Both the position numbers and the translations under genes were made by a program. The notes under the pieces are model-generated. The model made no database searches. It was not told the origin of the DNA and saw nothing but the letters and a program-made list of their open reading frames with translations. DNA of 64,000 bases from an uncultured Planctomycetales bacterium (GTDB taxonomy: Bacteria > Omnitrophota > Gorgyraeia > Zapsychrales > CAYRXT01): positions 6,859 through 70,858 of the forward strand of contig CAYRXT010000002.1 of NCBI GenBank assembly GCA_964428315.1. Reading direction: 5' to 3'. Positions 18,945 through 27,970 of the stretch are shown here, piece by piece. How positions within the stretch are numbered: position 1 is the first letter of the stretch; each line of letters starts with the position of its first letter.

Positions 18945-19251
18945 GGGCCGTCCAGAGGACGACGCGCGCCGCGCCGGCACCGCCGCCGTCCTTTCTTTTG
19001 TCTTTAACGGGCTTGGCCAGATCTATAACGGCGAGATCAAGAAGGGGCTCGTTATCGTTTCCGGGGCGGGTTTTTTTCTGGTTATGATTATTCTCGGCGG
19101 CATCTTGGCCGCTCACTGGCTGTTGACCCGTTTCTATCCTGTCGCCGAACTCATCATCGGGCTGGTCATCTTTCTCGCGGGCATAGCCGGGGCATGCCTC
19201 CTGGGACTTTACAGTATTTCCGATGCCTACCGCAAAGCCAGCCATCCCTGA
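18928..19251 (+). CDS. Small membrane protein (two predicted TM helices)
   Basis: Hydrophobic segments 'GLVIVSGAGFFLVMIILGGILAAHWLL' and 'LIIGLVIFLAGIAGACLLGL'. Overlaps the rmuC end. Confidence 0.45.
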   Translation: MRKMNEGRPEDDARRAGTAAVLSFVFNGLGQIYNGEIKKGLVIVSGAGFFLVMIILGGILAAHWLLTRFYPVAELIIGLVIFLAGIAGACLLGLYSISDAYRKASHP

Positions 19252-19960
19252 CCACTGCGTATCCGTGTTCCCGGCCCTCCTTCGCCGGAGGGTCCTGGCC
19301 TTCACGACAGACCGGAGGACGGACTTCGCGTTTGCGGCCGGATCATGCCGGTTTTCGGCCCGTCAGAGAGAACGGCTGCGTTCGCGGGGGGTGCCGGTGG
19401 CGCGGGTCATGAATATCCGCCAGGTGCACGGCCGGCGGGTGCGGGTTGTCCGGGAGGACAACGCGGCCTGTATATTAGGGAAGACCGGGGACGCCCTGGT
19501 GACGTCGTTAGGGGATGTCCCGCTTGCGGTGCGCACGGCCGACTGCCTGCCGGTCTTTCTCTTCGCCCCCCGCAGGGGTGTCATCGGCCTGGTCCATGCC
19601 GGGTGGCGGGGCACGCGTCTGGGTGTGACCGCGCGGGCCGTCGAAAAACTCGCCCGTGAAGGCGAAGAGGACCCCCGTGAGATCAGGGCCGCCTTTGGTC
19701 CGGCCATACGGTCATGCTGTTATGAAGTCGCAAGAAGGTTTTTAAGATATTTTCCCGGTCATGTCAAAAGACGCGGGGGCCGGTATTATCTGGATCTCGC
19801 GGCCGCCAATCGCGCGCAGTTAACGAAGGCCGGAATCCGGCCGGCCAATATCTATGACACGGGGATCTGCACGTGTTGCGACAAACGCTTTTTCTCTTAC
19901 CGGCGGGAGGGCCGCGGCGCGGGGAGGATGATTTCGGTGATCATGCGTCCCTTGCGTTGA
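19223..19960 (+). CDS. pgeF: PgeF/YfiH (DUF152) purine nucleoside phosphorylase / peptidoglycan-editing factor family protein
   Basis: 'TADCLPV', 'GLVHAGWRGT' and 'AIRSCCYEV'. The start codon is uncertain. Confidence 0.7.
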   Translation: MPTAKPAIPDHCVSVFPALLRRRVLAFTTDRRTDFAFAAGSCRFSARQRERLRSRGVPVARVMNIRQVHGRRVRVVREDNAACILGKTGDALVTSLGDVPLAVRTADCLPVFLFAPRRGVIGLVHAGWRGTRLGVTARAVEKLAREGEEDPREIRAAFGPAIRSCCYEVARRFLRYFPGHVKRRGGRYYLDLAAANRAQLTKAGIRPANIYDTGICTCCDKRFFSYRREGRGAGRMISVIMRPLR

Positions 19961-20069
19961 ACCGCTTGTGTCAGGGAGGATTGGCGGGATCCGGCGACCG
20001 GGCCGAACCCTTGGACACAGGGGTAATGACACCGGAAACCGTCCATCCAGGACATCCGGAAAGATTGGT

Positions 20070-20098
20070 TTGGCAAGGGAGAACTATGCGTGTATAAT
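20070..20098 (+). promoter_or_regulatory. Sigma70-type promoter TTGGCA-N17-(TG)TATAAT upstream of cutA
   Basis: Consensus hexamers with an extended -10 TG, about 70 nt upstream of the cutA ATG. An AAGGAGG RBS follows. Confidence 0.5.
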
Positions 20099-20169
20099 GG
20101 AGCCCCGCGGTGTTCCGCGAAGGCAGATCAAAACCTTTGGGCGGCCAATTCGCATTAAGGAGGCCCCTG

Positions 20170-20484
20170 ATGACCGTTGTCGTTCTGGTCACCGCGAAGA
20201 ATTTGAAAGAGGCCCGCAGGATTGCCGGCCATCTTTTGAACAAGAAACTGGCGGCGTGTGTTAATCTTATCGAAGGGGTGCGGTCTTTTTTCTTCTGGGA
20301 AGGAAAGATGGACCACAGCCGGGAGGTCCTCCTTATCATCAAATCGGACAAAAAACGGCTCTCCAGACTGACAAAGGAGGTCAAGGCGCTTCACAGTTAT
20401 GACACGCCCGAGGTCATCGCCCTTCCCGTCATCGGAGGATCACAAGATTATTTGCGCTGGATCGAAGAAACAGTGGGGGCATAG
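20170..20484 (+). CDS. cutA: Divalent-cation tolerance protein CutA
   Basis: 'AACVNLIEGVRSFFFWEGKM...HSYDTPEVIALPV'. Confidence 0.85.
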   Translation: MTVVVLVTAKNLKEARRIAGHLLNKKLAACVNLIEGVRSFFFWEGKMDHSREVLLIIKSDKKRLSRLTKEVKALHSYDTPEVIALPVIGGSQDYLRWIEETVGA

Positions 20485-20486
20485 AC

Positions 20487-20996
20487 ATGAAATGTATCCG
20501 GAACATCATCCTGTTAACCTTATTGCTGGTTATCGGCTTACCGCCGGGGGCGGCAAGAGGACAGTTCTTCTTCCTTCAGAACCCCAGCGTCGGTCGTCCT
20601 GCGCCGGATTTTACGCTGGAGACGGTCGGAGGAGAGACCTATAATCTCAAGGAGTATATCGACGGTCAGAAGGCCATTATTTTTTTCTGGGCCACATGGT
20701 GTCCCCACTGCCGCGCGGCCCTTGAGGCCCTGAACGAAAAAAGGCAGGCTATTCTCAGTAATGACATCCGGCTTGTTGTTGTCGATCTGGGAGAAAGCCG
20801 GCGCGAGGTGGCCTCGTACCTCGAACGTAACGGCATCGATCTGGAGGTGTTCCTGGATACGGAGTCGTCTCTGTCCGAGCCTTACGGCATCATCGGGTTG
20901 CCGACGTTCTATTTCGTCGACGAAGGGGGTGTCGTCCAGTCGGTGCAGCACACCCTGCCTGAGGATTATGACAACCTGTTTTCATCCGAGAATTGA
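20487..20996 (+). CDS. Periplasmic thioredoxin-like thiol:disulfide oxidoreductase (TlpA/redoxin family)
   Basis: Signal peptide and 'WATWCPHC'. Confidence 0.75.
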   Translation: MKCIRNIILLTLLLVIGLPPGAARGQFFFLQNPSVGRPAPDFTLETVGGETYNLKEYIDGQKAIIFFWATWCPHCRAALEALNEKRQAILSNDIRLVVVDLGESRREVASYLERNGIDLEVFLDTESSLSEPYGIIGLPTFYFVDEGGVVQSVQHTLPEDYDNLFSSEN

Positions 20997-21011
20997 CAAA
21001 GGAAATCCCGC

Positions 21012-22379
21012 GTGTCCGATTCCCAGAGCCAGGCCCTGCTCATCGACCAGTATGAACTGACCATGGCGGCCAGTTATCTTGAACACCGTCCGAACCATTG
21101 GGCCGCGTTTGACCTTTTTATCCGTAAATTTCCTTCTAGGCGTTCCTTCTTTGTCGCCGGCGGTCTCGACGACGCCGTCGACTATATCCAGGGGCTGCGT
21201 TTCGACGCCGGTGACCTCGCGTATCTTCAAAGCCTGGACCTCTTTTCCGAAAAATTCCTGTCCTATCTCGGGTCTTTCCGTTTCCGCGGTTCTGTCTGGG
21301 CCATGAAGGAGGGTTCGGTCTTCTTCCCCAACGAGCCGGTGTTGAGGGCCGTCGGCCCGCTCATCGAGGCCCAGATCCTCGAGAGTTGCCTGCTCAATAC
21401 CGTTAACCTCCAGACGATGATCGCCACGAAGGCGGCCCGCGTTATGCAGGCCGCCGGAAAAAGGGCGGTTCTGGATTTCTCTCTGCGGAGGACCCACGGT
21501 CCGGACGCCGCTAATAAAGTGGCCAGGGCCTCTTACCTGGCCGGCTTTAAAGGCACATCCAATCTGATGGGAGGCAAACTCTATGACATCCCCGTTTCGG
21601 GGACGATGGCCCATTCATTTGTCATGGCCTTCGACGGAGAGACGGACGCGTTCCGCGCTTTCGCACGCACTTTTCCCGGAAACACCGTTTTGCTCGTCGA
21701 CACCTATGATACGATAAAAGGCGTCAAGAAGGCGGTGGTTGTCGCCCGGGAAATGGAAAGCCAGGGAAAAAGGCTCAGGGCGATCCGCCTGGACAGCGGG
21801 AAGCTGGACATCCTGGCCCAAAAGTCCCGGCGCATTCTGGACAAGGCCGGGCTCGAGTATGTGAAGATCTTCGCGAGCGGCAGTCTGGACGAATACAAGA
21901 TTGAGAAGCTGACAAAAAGCAAGGCCCCCATCGATGCCTTCGGCGTCGGGACGAACATGGGCGTGTCAGAGGACGCGCCCTACTGCGATGTCATCTACAA
22001 ACTCAGCGAGATCGGAGAGAACGCCCGGTATTTTCATCCCACGATGAAGCTGAGCAGCGGGAAGTTCACGTATCCCGGCCGGAAGCAGGTCTTCCGTTTC
22101 AAGGACAGGCGGGGGAAGTATAAGAAAGATGTCATAGGGCTCGAGGCTGAACCGATCAAGGGCCGGCCTCTGCTGGGGCAGGTGATGGAAAAGGGGCGGC
22201 GCCTCGTCGAGCGCCCGCCTCTCAAGGCGGTCAAAGACAGGACCCTGCGCAACCTCAGCGCCCTTCCCCGCCGCTTTCGCGAACTGAATAAACCGGCCGA
22301 ATATCCCGTCGAGATCAGTGCCGGACTCGACCGTCTGACCCGCGAGGTTTCCTCGCGCATCAAACAGACAAAGATCTGA
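21012..22379 (+). CDS. pncB: Nicotinate phosphoribosyltransferase
   Basis: N-terminus 'LIDQYELTMAASYL' and overall NAPRTase pattern. GTG start. Confidence 0.85.
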   Translation: MSDSQSQALLIDQYELTMAASYLEHRPNHWAAFDLFIRKFPSRRSFFVAGGLDDAVDYIQGLRFDAGDLAYLQSLDLFSEKFLSYLGSFRFRGSVWAMKEGSVFFPNEPVLRAVGPLIEAQILESCLLNTVNLQTMIATKAARVMQAAGKRAVLDFSLRRTHGPDAANKVARASYLAGFKGTSNLMGGKLYDIPVSGTMAHSFVMAFDGETDAFRAFARTFPGNTVLLVDTYDTIKGVKKAVVVAREMESQGKRLRAIRLDSGKLDILAQKSRRILDKAGLEYVKIFASGSLDEYKIEKLTKSKAPIDAFGVGTNMGVSEDAPYCDVIYKLSEIGENARYFHPTMKLSSGKFTYPGRKQVFRFKDRRGKYKKDVIGLEAEPIKGRPLLGQVMEKGRRLVERPPLKAVKDRTLRNLSALPRRFRELNKPAEYPVEISAGLDRLTREVSSRIKQTKI

Positions 22380-22401
22380 AGGGAAAGAAAAATAGAAAAA
22401 A

Positions 22402-22439
22402 GGACGGGCGGCTCCCGGCCATCAGGGAGCCGCCCGTCC
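22402..22439. terminator. Bidirectional intrinsic terminator between convergent pncB and the ppiD-like gene
   Basis: Perfect 15-bp stem GGACGGGCGGCTCCC/GGGAGCCGCCCGTCC with an 8-nt loop, flanked by an A-run on the 5' side and a T-rich run on the 3' side. Confidence 0.8.
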
Positions 22440-22449
22440 CTTTAACATT

Positions 22450-23937
22450 TTAATCGCCGGCGGCTTCTTTCTCGGCGCGGGGAATGTTCGATTCAAGGTT
22501 GGCCTTGGCGCGCAGACGGGCCAGGAAGTCATTGAATATTTTGTTTTTCTTTTCGAGGATCAGCCTCCGGGCGAATTCTTCCTTTTCTTTCTGATACGTT
22601 TCTTCACCGACACCTTCGGAAGACTGAAGATAGAGTATAGCGTGGCCTATCGGTGTTTCGACCACGCCGCTCAGAGGGCTCTCCCCGCTGAGGCCGAACG
22701 CGGCCTCCTGGAATGCGCGGGCGAGTCCGATGCCCGGGATGTATTCGCCGCGGCGGAAAAGAGGGGTCTCTCGTATACCCAGCCCGAGGCTGTTGCAGGC
22801 CTGCGCGAACCCCTGGCCGGGATTGGACTCCAGGGCCGACCGTATATTGTTCAAGGCTTTTCCTGATTCTTCGCGGGCCAGGCCTGCCGCCTTTTCATGA
22901 CGGAGGCGTTCTTCAACCTTTGGCCGCGCCTCGTCAAATTCCGGGATTTCGCTTTCCTTTTTGTCCACGATCTTTATGATGTACAGGCCTTTTTCGGTGG
23001 CCACGGGCGGGCTGATCTCATCTTCCTTAAGGGAGAAAACGCTTTCGAGCAGGTCCGGGGACCATCCCAGGCTCAGGCTCGGCTGCTGACGGCTGAAATA
23101 TCCCGTCTCTTCGACGGTTAGCCCGTTGAGGCCGGCGGCCCTGTTCATGTCAGGATCCTTTTCCAGTTCGAGGGTGACCTTACCGGCCTGCGTGACCAGG
23201 GCGTCTTTATCTTCTTCTGTAAGGTCCTCGGAAAAGGCGATATGGATGTACTCGGCCTTGACGCGCTGGGGCAGACGGAAGTCCTCGGGATGCCCCGTGT
23301 AATAAGCCTTTAGGGCATCAGCATCGACGGTCACGGTATCGAGGTAGTCCTCCGCCGAAAAAACGACGTATTCCACCTTGACCTGTTGATTGCTTTCCCG
23401 GTAGGCCTCACGGATTTCCTCGTCACTTATGGCCACGTCCTGTGTCTCCTGTTCAAAGACGGCCGCGAAGGCCAGGGCATCGCGTATGCCTTCCTCAAAC
23501 TGGCGGGGCGTGCTGTGGAAGACGTGGCGGACAAGGCGTTCGTAGAGCTGCGGGTCGAACCGGCCGTCGATTTGAAAAAAATCCAGGGCGCGGATCTGTT
23601 CAATTACGTCTTCGTCGGGGATGCGGATATTTCTCTTTCTGGCCTCATGGAGAAGGATCAGGCGGTCCCATGCCTCGCGCTCGAGATCCAGGAACTGGCT
23701 GATTTTGAAAAAATTCTCGCCATAGCGCATAACAGCCTGATTCTTGGCATGGAGAAGACTTTCGCGGAACGCTTCGCGGGAGATCCTTTTCTCGAAGATC
23801 CTGCCGGCATAACTCTTGCCCGTCCGGCTCTGCAGGTAGTTGGCTGTACCGAAAAAACCGAAGCTGATGATGATGACCACCGCCACCACCCATAAAATGC
23901 GTTTCATGACGCCTTTTTTGCGGAGAAACTTCAGCAT
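22450..23937 (-). CDS. Periplasmic chaperone PpiD/SurA-like (N-terminal membrane anchor, SurA-N-like domain)
   Basis: 'MKRILWVVAVVIIISFGFF' anchor and PpiD-like architecture. This is the only minus-strand gene in the window. Confidence 0.6.
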   Translation of the reverse strand: MLKFLRKKGVMKRILWVVAVVIIISFGFFGTANYLQSRTGKSYAGRIFEKRISREAFRESLLHAKNQAVMRYGENFFKISQFLDLEREAWDRLILLHEARKRNIRIPDEDVIEQIRALDFFQIDGRFDPQLYERLVRHVFHSTPRQFEEGIRDALAFAAVFEQETQDVAISDEEIREAYRESNQQVKVEYVVFSAEDYLDTVTVDADALKAYYTGHPEDFRLPQRVKAEYIHIAFSEDLTEEDKDALVTQAGKVTLELEKDPDMNRAAGLNGLTVEETGYFSRQQPSLSLGWSPDLLESVFSLKEDEISPPVATEKGLYIIKIVDKKESEIPEFDEARPKVEERLRHEKAAGLAREESGKALNNIRSALESNPGQGFAQACNSLGLGIRETPLFRRGEYIPGIGLARAFQEAAFGLSGESPLSGVVETPIGHAILYLQSSEGVGEETYQKEKEEFARRLILEKKNKIFNDFLARLRAKANLESNIPRAEKEAAGD

Positions 23938-24074
23938 AGTTCCACGTCCTTATCTTTTGTGGCAGAAAAATATGGGACTGATTATATCGTTGAATTTACG
24001 CTTTGACAAGGGATTTTGGGCATGATACATTAACACCACCGATTAAGAAAAAATTCGGGAAAGGATAAACTTTT

Positions 24075-24908
24075 GTGCACAATGCCCTTTCTGTCTTTGT
24101 CAGCGATTGGTATCATCAGGCCGGGGCGGATCACCCCAGCGGGATCAGCGGCGAATTGGAGAGCCGGGTCCGGCTTAACACCCAGAACACACTGGCCTTT
24201 CTGGCCCGTCTGAAGACCAAGGCCACTTTTTTTATCCTCGGGGTCGTGGCCGAACGATTCCCGGAGCTCGTCAAGAACATCGAAGTCGCCGGCCATGAAG
24301 TGGCCAGCATGGGTTTCCGCTACCGTGAAGTCTTCCGGCACACGGAATATTCTTTCCGGGATGATCTGCGCAAGTCACTGGAGCTTTTACGGTCTATAAG
24401 CGGAACGCCCGTCCAGGGCTATCACGCGCCGGATTTTTCGATTATTCCGAGAGTCCACTGGGCATTGGACATGCTTGGTGAAGAGGGTGTTAAATACGAC
24501 TGCAGCCTTTTCCCGGTGCATCATTGGCGTTTCGGGAACCCTCACACACCGCGAGTCCTGTACCGGGTCCGGCCCAATGTGATCGAGTGTCCCCCCACGA
24601 CATTGCGGATGGCGTGGACCAATGTCTCTGTCGCCGGCTCAAGGGGCCTGTGCCGCTGGCCGTCCTGGCTCGTCCGGTCAATGGTCGAAAGACTGAACAG
24701 GCAGGGCATGGCCTGTCATTTTTTTGTGCATGTGTGGGAATTCGACGAGGACTTGCCGAAGATACCCGTTTCACTGTGGAGACGATGGGCCGAGTTCGCC
24801 GATAACGGCCTGGTCCAGTCCCGATTAACCGATCTCCTTTCGCATTTTCAGTTTGTCCCGGTCTGGGAGGTTGTCGAAAGAACAATCGGCGAGGATGAGA
24901 TTTTATGA
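24075..24908 (+). CDS. Polysaccharide deacetylase family protein (NodB-like with a DUF3473-like C-terminus)
   Basis: 'VFVSDWYH' and 'ATFFILGVVAERFPELV'. GTG start. Confidence 0.55.
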   Translation: MHNALSVFVSDWYHQAGADHPSGISGELESRVRLNTQNTLAFLARLKTKATFFILGVVAERFPELVKNIEVAGHEVASMGFRYREVFRHTEYSFRDDLRKSLELLRSISGTPVQGYHAPDFSIIPRVHWALDMLGEEGVKYDCSLFPVHHWRFGNPHTPRVLYRVRPNVIECPPTTLRMAWTNVSVAGSRGLCRWPSWLVRSMVERLNRQGMACHFFVHVWEFDEDLPKIPVSLWRRWAEFADNGLVQSRLTDLLSHFQFVPVWEVVERTIGEDEIL

Positions 24909-24935
24909 GAAGCTCCCGGCAGACGAGGAAAGAGC

Positions 24936-24964
24936 TTTACAAGTGTTTACCGGCCGGGTATAAT
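24936..24964 (+). promoter_or_regulatory. Sigma70-type promoter TTTACA-N17-TATAAT upstream of hisG
   Basis: Consensus spacing, 65-nt leader, and a GGGG RBS before the ATG at 25029. Confidence 0.5.
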
Positions 24965-25028
24965 ACCGTCCCATTTTTCCTTATGGAATCGGGTTAATCT
25001 GGTGTCCGCACAAGAGTTAGGGGAAAAC

Positions 25029-25913
25029 ATGAAAAAGACGAAAAAGCTGAAGATGGGTCTGCCGAAGGGGAGCCTGCAGGAAGCGACTGTTAAGCTGTTT
25101 GAGAAGGCTGGTTTCCGGATTTTCGTTTCCGCCCGTTCGTATTTCCCTTCGACCGATGACGCGGAGATCGAACCGGTATTGCTGAGGGCGCAGGAAATGT
25201 CGCAGTACGTCGAAGACGGCACCCTGGACTGCGGGATCACCGGCAAGGACTGGATTCAGGAAAACGGGTCGCGCGTGAAGCATGTCGTCGACTTGATTTA
25301 TGCCAAGCAGAGTTCGGTCAAGGTGCGGTGGGTCCTGGCCGTGCCGGAGGACTCCAAGGTCAAATCGGTCAAGGGGCTTCAGGGCAAACGCATCGCCACC
25401 GAACTGGTCAATGTTACCAGACAATACCTGAAAAAGAACAAAGTGAAGGCCGAAGTCGAATTCAGCTGGGGTGCCACCGAGGCCAAAGTCGCTTCCGGCC
25501 TGGTGGACGCCGTTGTCGAATTGACGGAGACCGGAAGCAGTCTTCGCGCCCACAAACTCAGGATCGTGGATACAATCTGCGAGTCTACCACGCAGTTTAT
25601 CGCGAACCCCGGCGCCTTCCAGGACACATGGAAGAGGAAGAAGATGGGGCAGATCTGCCTTCTGTTACAAGGGGCGTTGACGGCGAACAGCATGGTGGGT
25701 CTAAAGATGAACCTGGAAAAAAAGAACCTCCCCAGAGTCTTAGGGCTTCTCACATCCCTCAAAAAACCCACGATCTCTTCCTTGAGCGATCAACGGTGGC
25801 TGGCGGTTGAGACCGTGATCGACGAAGGCACCGTCCGTTCTCTCATCCCGGAATTAAAAGAGGCCGGAGCCCAGGGGATTATCGAGTACCCTTTAAATAA
25901 ATTAATTTATTGA
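25029..25913 (+). CDS. hisG: ATP phosphoribosyltransferase, long form with regulatory domain
   Basis: '[10 protein letters not shown]' N-terminus and '[13 protein letters not shown]'. Confidence 0.85.
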   Translation: MKKTKKLKMGLPKGSLQEATVKLFEKAGFRIFVSARSYFPSTDDAEIEPVLLRAQEMSQYVEDGTLDCGITGKDWIQENGSRVKHVVDLIYAKQSSVKVRWVLAVPEDSKVKSVKGLQGKRIATELVNVTRQYLKKNKVKAEVEFSWGATEAKVASGLVDAVVELTETGSSLRAHKLRIVDTICESTTQFIANPGAFQDTWKRKKMGQICLLLQGALTANSMVGLKMNLEKKNLPRVLGLLTSLKKPTISSLSDQRWLAVETVIDEGTVRSLIPELKEAGAQGIIEYPLNKLIY

Positions 25914-25949
25914 GTATACTTACTATTGGAAGAAAAGGAGCTGAACGAC

Positions 25950-26052
25950 AATGCCGTGCGGAAGAAAACGTAAAAGGAAAAAAATCACGACGCATAAAAG
26001 GAAGAAACTTCGCAAATCGTTGCGTCATCTGAAAAAACGCGATCATCGCTAG
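25950..26052 (+). pseudogene. bS22/mS38-like basic micro-gene (intact reading would be MPCGRKRKRKK|ITTHKRKKLRKSLRHLKKRDHR) interrupted by a +1 frame break in an A8 run
   Basis: ATG at 25950 sits 10 nt after an AAGGAG RBS. That frame stops after 15 codons. The +1 frame continues from the A8 run (25977-25984) to the TAG at 26050-26052 and encodes the KRK/HKRKK pattern typical of bS22/DUF1713 peptides. Confidence 0.35.
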
Positions 26053-26060
26053 GAACAGAC

Positions 26061-27038
26061 ATGCGCGGACGCCGACCATTATTGTTCATCTTGAGGTCCA
26101 TCCTTGCCTTTTTGTGCGCGGCCGGGATAACCGGAAACGCATCGGCGTTTGCCGGAAATGAGGCCTTGACCCGGAGCATGTCCCATTACATGACCGGCCT
26201 CCTGCTTGACTGGTACGGTCAGAACGACGAGGCCATAGCCGAATATGAGAAGGCCGTTACGTTCGATCCGGCCAGCTACATCATCCGGTTGCGTCTGGGC
26301 GCCAACTATGTCCGGGAGGCGGAATACCCTAAAGCCATCAGCCAGTTGAACAAAGCCGCCGAACTCAAACCGCAGGACCTTCAGCCCCATTATCTTCTGG
26401 CCTTGGTGTATTCGTCGACGCAGAATTTTAAGAAGGCGGCCGAAGAATACGAATTGATCCTCAAGAGCCTTTCGGCTACAGATCCGCAGAACGTGGAGGT
26501 CTTCAGCTATCTCGGCCAACTGTATTATTCTCAGGGTGAATATCAAAAGGCTGTCGAACAGTTCAAGCGCATCCTGGTCATTGAACCCAATAACGCCGAG
26601 GTTATGTCTATTCTGGGGTCGCTTTATCTGGAGACGGAAGAACGGCCCGAAGCCATTGAGATGTTCCAGAAGGCCCTGGAGATCGACCCCGAACATGACG
26701 GCAGCCTGAATTCACTGGGCTATATGTACGCCGAGGACGGCATCCATCTCGACAAGGCGATTGAACTGATCAGCCGCGCCCTGCGGATCGACCCGGATAA
26801 CGGGGCTTATTTGGACAGTCTGGGATGGGCCTATTTCAAAAAAGGCCAGTACGAGAAGGCCCTGGGCAATCTGCAGAAGGCCGTTATCCTTTTCGAAGAT
26901 CCCGTCATTTACGATCATCTGGGCGACGTCTATCTCAAACTGGACCAGCAAGACAAGGCCCTGGAATCCTGGAGGAACTCTCTCGAGATGAAGCCCGACC
27001 AGGAGCACGTCGTCCAAAAGATCAAATTGTTGCAATAA
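26061..27038 (+). CDS. Secreted tetratricopeptide-repeat (TPR) protein
   Basis: Signal peptide followed by multiple TPR-like 34-residue repeats ('AxxxYxxAxxxxP'). Confidence 0.7.
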   Translation: MRGRRPLLFILRSILAFLCAAGITGNASAFAGNEALTRSMSHYMTGLLLDWYGQNDEAIAEYEKAVTFDPASYIIRLRLGANYVREAEYPKAISQLNKAAELKPQDLQPHYLLALVYSSTQNFKKAAEEYELILKSLSATDPQNVEVFSYLGQLYYSQGEYQKAVEQFKRILVIEPNNAEVMSILGSLYLETEERPEAIEMFQKALEIDPEHDGSLNSLGYMYAEDGIHLDKAIELISRALRIDPDNGAYLDSLGWAYFKKGQYEKALGNLQKAVILFEDPVIYDHLGDVYLKLDQQDKALESWRNSLEMKPDQEHVVQKIKLLQ

Positions 27039-27059
27039 CACCACGATACCCTCTCTGAG

Positions 27060-27917
27060 ATGAACGCCCTGCTCCTGCTCTCTCCCGCCAAACTGAACCT
27101 CTATCTGCGGGTCCTTAACCGGCGAGAAGACGGTTATCATGATCTTGTGACGTTGTTCGAGCGGATCGATCTGTGTGACACCCTGCGATTCAGGACGAAC
27201 CGCGACGGACGCATCCGTATCGAGTGCGACGATCCTGATGTGCCCTGCGGCAGGAAGAATCTGGTTTACCGCGCGGCCATCATGCTGAAGGAAGAATGCG
27301 CCCTGGCGGATGGCGTGGACGTCCGGATCAAAAAGAGGATTCCCGTGGCTGCCGGGCTGGGAGGGGGTTCCAGCAACGCGGCCTGCGCCCTCATGGCCTT
27401 GAACCGTTTATGGAAGCTATCCTTAAGCCACGCGCAACTACTTGAGTACGGGCGGGCTCTGGGGAGCGATGTGCCGTTTTTCTTATTTGACTGCTCCTGG
27501 GCCCTGGGGACCGGCCGCGGTGACGCAATACGGCCGCTTAAACTGCCTTTAAAATTGGACCATTTTCTTGTTGTCCCACGCGTCAAAGTCTATTCATCGC
27601 AAGCCTTTAGCGACGTCAAATTGCAGTTGACAAAGCAAAATGATGATGTTAATATTCTAATTCGCGCTTTACGTCGAGAAGACAGAATATTCTGCGGACG
27701 TTTACTGAGAAATGATCTGGAGACCGCCATAATCCGGTCTCGCCCGCGTTTATCGGGTTTAAAAAACAGAATGAAGGCTTTGGCGAACGAAGGGGTGTCT
27801 TTCTCCGGGAGCGGACCCGCCATTTTCGGTATTGCCCGTTCACGAAAAACAGCCGAACAAAACGCCAAGAAATTGTCTCATCATTATAAACGGGTTTTCG
27901 TGGTGAAAACCCTTTGA
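27060..27917 (+). CDS. ispE: 4-diphosphocytidyl-2-C-methyl-D-erythritol kinase
   Basis: 'AKLNLYLRVL' and GHMP-kinase 'PVAAGLGGGSSNAA'. Confidence 0.85.
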   Translation: MNALLLLSPAKLNLYLRVLNRREDGYHDLVTLFERIDLCDTLRFRTNRDGRIRIECDDPDVPCGRKNLVYRAAIMLKEECALADGVDVRIKKRIPVAAGLGGGSSNAACALMALNRLWKLSLSHAQLLEYGRALGSDVPFFLFDCSWALGTGRGDAIRPLKLPLKLDHFLVVPRVKVYSSQAFSDVKLQLTKQNDDVNILIRALRREDRIFCGRLLRNDLETAIIRSRPRLSGLKNRMKALANEGVSFSGSGPAIFGIARSRKTAEQNAKKLSHHYKRVFVVKTL

Positions 27918-27970
27918 TGACGCATTTGATGCGGTTTTGATCCGTAGGGGCATACAAGGAGGACGCGGCC

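Noticed and set aside
25950-25997. Treating the 15-codon frame MPCGRKRKRKKNHDA as a genuine complete micro-protein.
   Set aside because: The downstream +1 frame continues the same basic-peptide pattern to a stop. A homopolymer frame break is the simpler explanation.
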